Source of the DNA: SAR324 cluster bacterium
GTDB taxonomy: Bacteria > SAR324 > NAC60-12
Direction: 5' to 3'
Length of the DNA stretch: 64,000 bases
Assembly: GCA_015232315.1 (NCBI GenBank)
Contig: JADFZZ010000001.1
Coordinates: 208,835-272,834 of the forward strand
Of this stretch, positions 57,880 through 64,000 are shown piece after piece. The position numbers were made by a program, and so were the translations under genes. The notes under the pieces were generated by a model, which saw only the letters and a list, made by a program, of their open reading frames with translations, had not been told where the DNA came from and did no database searches. How positions within the stretch are numbered: position 1 is the stretch's first letter; every line of letters starts with the position of its first letter.

Positions 57880-58653
57880 ATGGATAGCGGTCTGTTTTCA
57901 CTGGTTTCCTCAACCAATGTGCTTCAGAAAAAGCTGGATAATATTTCAAACAACCTGGCCAACGTGAATACCTCCGGCTACAAGGAGGACAGGCTGTCGT
58001 TCAGGGAAGTGTTGTCCAAGGCCACGGCGGTTGCTCCGGAGTCGGATGAAGAATCGTTTTTGACGCATGAATACATCGATATGTATCAGGGACTGGATAA
58101 ATCTGCCGTCATGGTTGATTCTGTGGGAAAGAACTTTTCACCGGGAACCATGAATTATACAGGAAATACCCTGGATGTCGCCGTTGAAAATGAGGGTTTT
58201 TTTACCATCGACACACCTCAGGGTGAACGTTATACCCGCTCAGGGGAGTTCACAATGGATCAGGAGGGCAGGATGGTCACTCATGACGGTTATGCGGTTC
58301 TGGGACAGAAAGGCCCCATTCAGGTCAAAGGCAAAGAAATTGTGATTGATCAGGATGGCGGGGTCAATGTGGATGGCAAAGCGGTGGATACTCTGAAAGT
58401 GGTACGTTTTCGGGATTCCCAGGGACTTCAAAAACTGGGACGATCCTTTTATGCTCCTGTCACACGAGACAATGTGCCCATCATCAGCAAGGATTCAAGA
58501 ATTCGTCAGGGGGTGATTGAAGGCTCCAATGTGAATACCGTTAAGGAAATGACCAATATGATTCAGGCCAATCGTGCGTATGAAAGTGCGGTGAAGGCTA
58601 TGAAAAGCATTGATAGTATGAATGAAAAAGCGATTTCTATCGCTCAAGTGTAA
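57880..58653 (+). CDS. flgF: flagellar basal-body rod protein FlgF
   Basis: N-terminal LANVNTSGYK rod-protein motif; conserved C-terminal ANRAYE... Confidence 0.8.
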   Translation: MDSGLFSLVSSTNVLQKKLDNISNNLANVNTSGYKEDRLSFREVLSKATAVAPESDEESFLTHEYIDMYQGLDKSAVMVDSVGKNFSPGTMNYTGNTLDVAVENEGFFTIDTPQGERYTRSGEFTMDQEGRMVTHDGYAVLGQKGPIQVKGKEIVIDQDGGVNVDGKAVDTLKVVRFRDSQGLQKLGRSFYAPVTRDNVPIISKDSRIRQGVIEGSNVNTVKEMTNMIQANRAYESAVKAMKSIDSMNEKAISIAQV

Positions 58654-58679
58654 CGTTGAATGAATGAAAGAGGTGTCTT

Positions 58680-59468
58680 ATGATGCGTTCGTTGTTTACA
58701 TCAGCAACAGGGATGGGGGCTCAGCAACGGCAGATTGATACAATCGCCAACAACCTGGCCAACGTGAATACCACAGGCTTTAAAAAAAGCCGCAATCATT
58801 TTCAGGACCTGCTGTATCATAATGAAAAAACAGCGGGAGTGGCGTCTTCTTTGTCCACACAGGTTCCGGTTGGAATTCATGTGGGGCATGGGGTCAAGCA
58901 TGTTACCACTGAAAAAATCCACAATCAGGGCAACATGCAGAATACAGGCAATGACCTTGATATGAGTATTGATGGTCCGGGCTTTTTTCAGATTCTTCAA
59001 CCCAATGGCGCCTTGGCTTACACACGTGCCGGGCATTTCAACATTGATGGGCAGGGTCGGATGGTGACGGATGACGGGATGCTGCTTGATCCTGAAATCA
59101 ACATTCCTCCTGAAACCAGAAAAGTCCAGATCGGGTTTGATGGCACGGTCTCTGTTTTTTTAAGAGATGAAACACAACCGGAATCTGTTGGAACCATCCA
59201 GCTTGCACGGTTTGCGAATCCGGCAGGATTGACCCCTATGGGGAAAAATCTTTATCTTCCCTCTCCCGCCGCCGGCAATCCAATGGTCGATTCTCCAGCA
59301 TCCAACGGAATGGGGAGCATGAATCAGGGGTTTCTGGAAGGAGCCAATGTGTCAGTGGTGGAAGAAATGGTGAACATGATTACCGCACAGCGGGCGTATG
59401 AAGTGAATTCGAAGGCGATCCAGACCTCGGATGCTATGCTCCAGACAGCTAACAGTCTGGTCAGGTAA
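58680..59468 (+). CDS. flgG: flagellar basal-body distal rod protein FlgG
   Basis: MMRSLFTSATGMGAQQRQIDTIANNLANVNTTGFK and C-terminal AQRAYE. Confidence 0.85.
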   Translation: MMRSLFTSATGMGAQQRQIDTIANNLANVNTTGFKKSRNHFQDLLYHNEKTAGVASSLSTQVPVGIHVGHGVKHVTTEKIHNQGNMQNTGNDLDMSIDGPGFFQILQPNGALAYTRAGHFNIDGQGRMVTDDGMLLDPEINIPPETRKVQIGFDGTVSVFLRDETQPESVGTIQLARFANPAGLTPMGKNLYLPSPAAGNPMVDSPASNGMGSMNQGFLEGANVSVVEEMVNMITAQRAYEVNSKAIQTSDAMLQTANSLVR

Positions 59469-59473
59469 GCTTG

Positions 59474-60538
59474 ATGCAATCTTTTAAAAATAAGGTTCCG
59501 ATGAAAACTCTGTTTTCTCTGAGCGCAGTGGTATTGGTGGCTGTGTTATTGTCAGGTCTCAGTTCTGTGTATGCGGCTCCAATCCAGGAAAAACGGGCAG
59601 GTTATCAGAAACGACAGGAAAAACGCAGTCAGGAAGTGGCTCCGGAAAGTCAGATCCGTATTCTGCTTCCTGAAAGCACAGTTGTTGATGGCGAAACTTA
59701 CAAATTATCGGAAGTCTCACAAATTCAGGGTGAAGATTTTGATCTGATTGAAAAACTCAATGAAGTTGAAATCGGCAGATCCCCCTTGCCAGGCCACAAC
59801 ACTGTTCTCAGTGAATCGCTGGTTACTTCCAGAATCAGGCCACTGGTAGACCGTAATAAAATAGTATTTCCAGGGGCGACATCAACCCGGATTGAACGTT
59901 CCGCGCTGAAAATTTCCGGAAGTGATATTGAACAGGCCGTATCCAGGCATATTCAGTCTCAGAATCCCAATGAAGAAATCAAAACCAAATTTATATCGAG
60001 TATCCAGGATGTTCTGGTTCCCAAAGGTGAATTGACCTATGAAGTTGGAACAAAACGCGAGTATAAAAAAGAGGGTGGATATCGCACCTATGACATGGTT
60101 TTTTATATTGATGGGAAAATAGTCAAAACCGTCCCTGTCAGGGTTTACGTGAAAGTTTACAAGGACATTGTGGTGGCAAAAGAAACCATTCATCGTAATG
60201 AAGTGATTGAAGAAAGCGATTTGACCACCGTCAAGCGGAATGTGGACCGATTGCCCGCAACCTATGTGGAAGACAAAAATCATTTGATTGGTAAAATTGC
60301 AAAAAGAGTGATTGGACCTGAAGAAATTCTCAAAGAAAATTCGGTGACTACCGCGCCGATTGTCAATTCGGGTGATCGTTTGCTGATTGTGTTTGATACA
60401 CCAACGATCCGGTTAACGGCTCCTGGAATCGCAATGTCTAAAGGCCGTATGGGGGATCGGATTCCAGTTCGGAATATAGACAGCAAAACGATTGTTTTCG
60501 CCAAAGTTTCCAATAAAAATGTGGTTGAAGTTCAATGA
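59474..60538 (+). CDS. flgA: flagellar P-ring assembly chaperone FlgA
   Basis: Signal peptide; C-terminal SAF/FlgA domain (...GDRIPVRNIDSKTIVFAKV...). ATG 59474 (TTG 59471 in the track). Confidence 0.65.
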   Translation: MQSFKNKVPMKTLFSLSAVVLVAVLLSGLSSVYAAPIQEKRAGYQKRQEKRSQEVAPESQIRILLPESTVVDGETYKLSEVSQIQGEDFDLIEKLNEVEIGRSPLPGHNTVLSESLVTSRIRPLVDRNKIVFPGATSTRIERSALKISGSDIEQAVSRHIQSQNPNEEIKTKFISSIQDVLVPKGELTYEVGTKREYKKEGGYRTYDMVFYIDGKIVKTVPVRVYVKVYKDIVVAKETIHRNEVIEESDLTTVKRNVDRLPATYVEDKNHLIGKIAKRVIGPEEILKENSVTTAPIVNSGDRLLIVFDTPTIRLTAPGIAMSKGRMGDRIPVRNIDSKTIVFAKVSNKNVVEVQ

Positions 60539-60567
60539 CATACTGCTCCTCTCATAGAGATACTCTT

Positions 60568-61335
60568 ATGAAAAGTTTTGTCTCACTGCTGATGGTTCTG
60601 GTTTTACTGGGAGGATGTCAGCCTCTTGCCAGAAAGTCCGGTCCGCAAATGCCAATGACAACGCAGCAAAATCAGGTAAATACTGTCGCAGAACAGGCGA
60701 CACCCAAACCTTCTCCCAAAAACACCAGACGGCCACAGATTTCGTCCAGATCCAATCTCTATGAAGGATCATTGTGGCGTGATGAAGCTTCTTTCGGAAA
60801 CTTGTGGCGTGACCATCGTGCCCGTTTTAATAATGACCTCCTGACAATTGTGGAAGTGAATAAAATTGTCACTGTTCCTCCAGCCAAGGAAAAACCGGCT
60901 GAAACTACAGGCGCTCCTAGTGATGTCGTGCAAAAAGCCAATCTGGTGCTGGAAGCTCTCTCTTTGCGAGATATGATTGAGGAAGAACAAAATGATATTT
61001 TGCGATCGCTTGATTCGATATCCGCTGAAGTGATCAAGGTTCTACCCAACGGCAATATGCTGATTCGAGGAAAAAAAACCGATCTTCGCCAACGGAATCA
61101 AATCCGGTATGTGACGACAGTTACAGGTATTCTTCGTCCGGCGGATGTCACACAGGCAAACGTTGTTTCCGCATCCAAACTGGCTTATCCCGAAGTCAAG
61201 ATAAGCCGGCAGATTCAGGGCTCACTGGTTAGGGAACGTCTGGACAAACTCAAACCTTTGCTTGGTCAGCAAAAGGCTGGTTTGATGGGACGGATTACCG
61301 ATTTTACCAAAGCGGATAACCGTCAGGCCAAATAA
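60568..61335 (+). CDS. flgH: flagellar L-ring lipoprotein FlgH
   Basis: Lipobox LLGGC; SLWRDEA...LLTIVEVNKIV FlgH motif. Confidence 0.75.
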   Translation: MKSFVSLLMVLVLLGGCQPLARKSGPQMPMTTQQNQVNTVAEQATPKPSPKNTRRPQISSRSNLYEGSLWRDEASFGNLWRDHRARFNNDLLTIVEVNKIVTVPPAKEKPAETTGAPSDVVQKANLVLEALSLRDMIEEEQNDILRSLDSISAEVIKVLPNGNMLIRGKKTDLRQRNQIRYVTTVTGILRPADVTQANVVSASKLAYPEVKISRQIQGSLVRERLDKLKPLLGQQKAGLMGRITDFTKADNRQAK

Positions 61336-61345
61336 GGTTCAAGGT

Positions 61346-61801
61346 ATGAGTTGGTTCTGGCGCGGATCGCTATGGTTGGTAATCTTCTTCTTTCTTTCAG
61401 GCTGCTTTGTCCCGAGAACGGTGCCAGAGTCTGATGATCAAAAATGCCGGTTGGTCACCAGAAAAATGACACTGGATCTGGCGGATCGTACCAATTCTGA
61501 TCTGGCCGTGAGGGCCAGTGGTGAGGCCATGACACGCTCCATGTCCCAATGTGATAAACCGGAATGCATGCTGATCATCCCTCTCAGTATGCTTGCCATC
61601 CCCATCGGTTCTCTGATTGTTTCCGGAAGTATCGTGGCCGTTGGAAATACGGTGCACTGGATTGAACAGCAGGGACGTTGTGATGAAAGTGAAGTTCAGA
61701 CTGCCCTTCAGACTCTGGCTGATTCTTTACGGAGTTTAGGGGGAATTATCCTGGATACCGGTCAGAATTTCATGCGCTGGTTTGAAGCGCAAATCCTATA
61801 G
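61346..61801 (+). CDS. small lipoprotein (151 aa) directly downstream of flgH
   Basis: Lipobox FLSGC; 10-bp gap after flgH; sits where flgI would be expected. Confidence 0.5.
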   Translation: MSWFWRGSLWLVIFFFLSGCFVPRTVPESDDQKCRLVTRKMTLDLADRTNSDLAVRASGEAMTRSMSQCDKPECMLIIPLSMLAIPIGSLIVSGSIVAVGNTVHWIEQQGRCDESEVQTALQTLADSLRSLGGIILDTGQNFMRWFEAQIL

Positions 61802-62145
61802 ATCCTTCCTCATTTTCTTTCCAGAATGCTCACTCTCAAATATGTATAATCTGCCCTGTCTTCACCATTTTAATGTGGCTTCTGATTAAACTGGCAAAAA
61901 AGGACTGATTTTCGCATGATATATTTCATGGAATACTTTTTTTACTCGACAGTGGTAAGTTCTCAGCTTTCAATTCTCAGCTTTTTTTGAACCGTTTGAA
62001 ATTATTATGATTTTCATATAAGCATAAAATTTTTTGAAAATTTTATATTCAGGAAACCTTTAATTTCAAAAACTTACTAAAAGTTGAATGCTGATAACTG
62101 AAAACTTACAACTCTTGAGTTTTTTAAATTAATTTTTTACAGCAT

Positions 62146-63966
62146 ATGGTCATGGCTCGTCTTGAAGATACACTCACACTGCCCGAAACCACTAAAATTC
62201 CACAAACCCTGAATTGGGTTGAATCTGTGGCTAAAGCGCTCAATACGGAAGAAATTCAGACATACAGCAAATTGATCAGCCAGATGTTACGTGAAAACAA
62301 TGGATTATCAATCAAGATAAAGCTTCTTGCGTTGAGTGTTCTGAAAACATTTTCTCATCTTTCCAAAGATCAATCATTGCTTGTTGAGCAATCCAAAAAT
62401 ATTCCGTTGTCGGGCAATCGTGAAATATATTATCAGGTGCCATTTCTTCCAGAATTGACCATTGCTTCGGATCAATTGTTTCAGTGGTATCAGAAAGAAG
62501 CCAAATGGGTGCTCACGATCAAACGCGATCGTGGAGAATATTCCGCACTGAAATTAATGATCTATCTATATGAGGCGATGCTATTTCAGATGAGTACCCA
62601 CAAGCAATTGCAGAAACAATATCTGACCATTGCCGGAAATCTTTTTAAGACCATCCGGGAAAATATGGAGAGTATGGAAACCGCTTTCCAGAACAAGGAC
62701 ACCACGCATCCCTGGTTCAGTCCGGAATCTGCCGGAGATTATAAACGGGTCGCGATGTTGTGGAAAGAAACATTGGATGTCACAACGATTCGCCATGGTC
62801 AGAAAATACCATCAGCGATGCGTCAGGCTACTGGAAAAATGCCCTTTGACTGGGTTGAACTCTTAAAAATCAACCATGCCAGCAAAGTGACCATTCTGAA
62901 TATTGTCTATCCGTTGAATGGTCTGGAATCCCAATGCCGTGAAATTCGAACATACAGTTCCTATCTTCTGCATTTGGTGAGTCAGGACCGTCCAGAGTTT
63001 TTACATTCGCTGACGCATACCAGGGTGGCACAAAGCTTCATGAATCGGTTGAAAATCGCCTGGCAGTTGAAACAGAACTGGCCTCAATTGCCTCAAAATC
63101 TTCAGGAATCGGATCTGCGAGAGCTGTTGATGGTTCTGATGGAACAGGCCATCAACAGCTTGGCGACACACCACAAGGTTAAAATAAAGGCGCAAAACAA
63201 ACTGGCGGAAAAATTCAATGATTTTGGCGAGCAGGTGCAAACCCGGAAGGAGATTGTCGTGGTTGGACCTGAAATGGAAATTGAAGAAGTTGCACAGCCT
63301 GAACCGGCGTTGCCCTCACCAAACCCGGAAAAGGTTGTCACGGAATCTTCAAGGGTGGAAAAAACGGAAGCCCCGGCAATTGTGGCAAGCACAAAGTCAG
63401 ATGAACCGCAAGCCCTCGAAAAGGCGCCTTTGGCGGAAGCGGAGGAACAACAACAGGATGATGTTCCACCGATTGCCACGGATTTTGAACCGATTACCGA
63501 TGAGATGGAATTCGGTATGGGAATACAAACGATGCCATATGTTTTTCCATTTGATTATAGTAACTTGAAAGAAGAAGTCCCACTTCAGTATTTTCCTGAT
63601 ATCAAATGGGATCAACTCAAATGGAGTGACATGCGGGCTGGTGAAACCCATGTTTTTAACGGAGTCACCCGCGTGTTTATCAAAAAACTCGAAACCATTG
63701 AAACCTATCGCTATGACATTTACACTCCAGAAGAGTTTGAGTTGATAAAACCGGCACCCAATTATTATTGTTTTATTTTGAAACAAGCAGTTGGCGATCG
63801 ATTATTTTATTATGTTGCGATTAAAAAAGCAGGCCTGGTTCCCGGCAAAAACATCGCATGGGTTCAAATCAAACTCAGTGAACGGTTTATGGCACACATT
63901 GATAAAGCCTATTTTATGATTTTCCCCAAACCTTATAACCAGCATATCTTTGTCATTCCCCGATAA
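62146..63966 (+). CDS. hypothetical protein (606 aa)
   Basis: ATG start after a 345-bp AT-rich spacer; Glu/Pro-rich central linker; no recognised motif. Confidence 0.5.
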   Translation: MVMARLEDTLTLPETTKIPQTLNWVESVAKALNTEEIQTYSKLISQMLRENNGLSIKIKLLALSVLKTFSHLSKDQSLLVEQSKNIPLSGNREIYYQVPFLPELTIASDQLFQWYQKEAKWVLTIKRDRGEYSALKLMIYLYEAMLFQMSTHKQLQKQYLTIAGNLFKTIRENMESMETAFQNKDTTHPWFSPESAGDYKRVAMLWKETLDVTTIRHGQKIPSAMRQATGKMPFDWVELLKINHASKVTILNIVYPLNGLESQCREIRTYSSYLLHLVSQDRPEFLHSLTHTRVAQSFMNRLKIAWQLKQNWPQLPQNLQESDLRELLMVLMEQAINSLATHHKVKIKAQNKLAEKFNDFGEQVQTRKEIVVVGPEMEIEEVAQPEPALPSPNPEKVVTESSRVEKTEAPAIVASTKSDEPQALEKAPLAEAEEQQQDDVPPIATDFEPITDEMEFGMGIQTMPYVFPFDYSNLKEEVPLQYFPDIKWDQLKWSDMRAGETHVFNGVTRVFIKKLETIETYRYDIYTPEEFELIKPAPNYYCFILKQAVGDRLFYYVAIKKAGLVPGKNIAWVQIKLSERFMAHIDKAYFMIFPKPYNQHIFVIPR

Positions 63967-64000
63967 AGTCTTCGACAGTTGTAAGCTCTCGGCTTTCAGT

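Noticed and set aside
61346-61801. 151-aa protein after flgH as a candidate FlgI
   Set aside because: It is far too short, since FlgI is about 365 aa with a Sec signal rather than a lipobox. Annotated instead as an orphan lipoprotein.

Overview
This 64-kb window is a chromosomal segment from a Gram-negative, flagellated bacterium. The evidence is the Kdo transferase WaaA, PpiD, the FlgH L-ring, cytochrome c', lipoprotein signal peptides and roughly 47% GC; I cannot assign a taxon. Coding density is high and many genes appear to start at TTG or GTG. I found no rRNA, canonical tRNA or CRISPR array.

- **Left part (1-9.8 kb):** a chemotaxis set (dCache MCP, CheR, CheD), a minus-strand partner-switching operon (small ORF, REC-PP2C phosphatase, STAS, HATPase kinase) ending at dut, then a GlpD-like FAD dehydrogenase, IspH and RdgB.
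- **Middle part (9.8-29.4 kb):** looks accessory.
  - A three-gene operon headed by a 955-aa protein with a complete Hsp70-type nucleotide-binding domain but no canonical substrate-binding domain, coupled to an XRE-type HTH protein with a poly-acidic tail and a 433-aa unknown.
  - Cytochrome c' plus a membrane-anchored unknown.
  - Two tandem paralogous lipoproteins of about 600 aa with lipase-like motifs.
  - A 3-kb mosaic of at least six interspersed repeat families around a BrnT/BrnA toxin-antitoxin cassette.
  - A membrane-anchored coiled-coil protein encoded by six 21-bp DNA repeats.
  - An SNF2 ATPase with a 641-aa unknown partner.
- **Right part (29.4-64 kb):** AtpZ-like, PpiD, a DsbD-alpha-like protein and CysC; RecC flanked by two VapBC-type toxin-antitoxin pairs with an LplA-family ligase; a CoA-transferase, ABM and TPR/AMIN proteins; BioH-like and BioC; TrmJ-like and FetAB; an AT-rich TPR-like gene; RodA and GltX; two FGE-domain proteins around WaaA and a LETM1-like protein; a RelE/ParE-like toxin-antitoxin pair with an 85-bp tandem duplication; flgF-flgG-flgA-flgH with a candidate sigma-54 promoter; a 151-aa lipoprotein where flgI is expected; and a 606-aa unknown flanked by 28-bp direct repeats.
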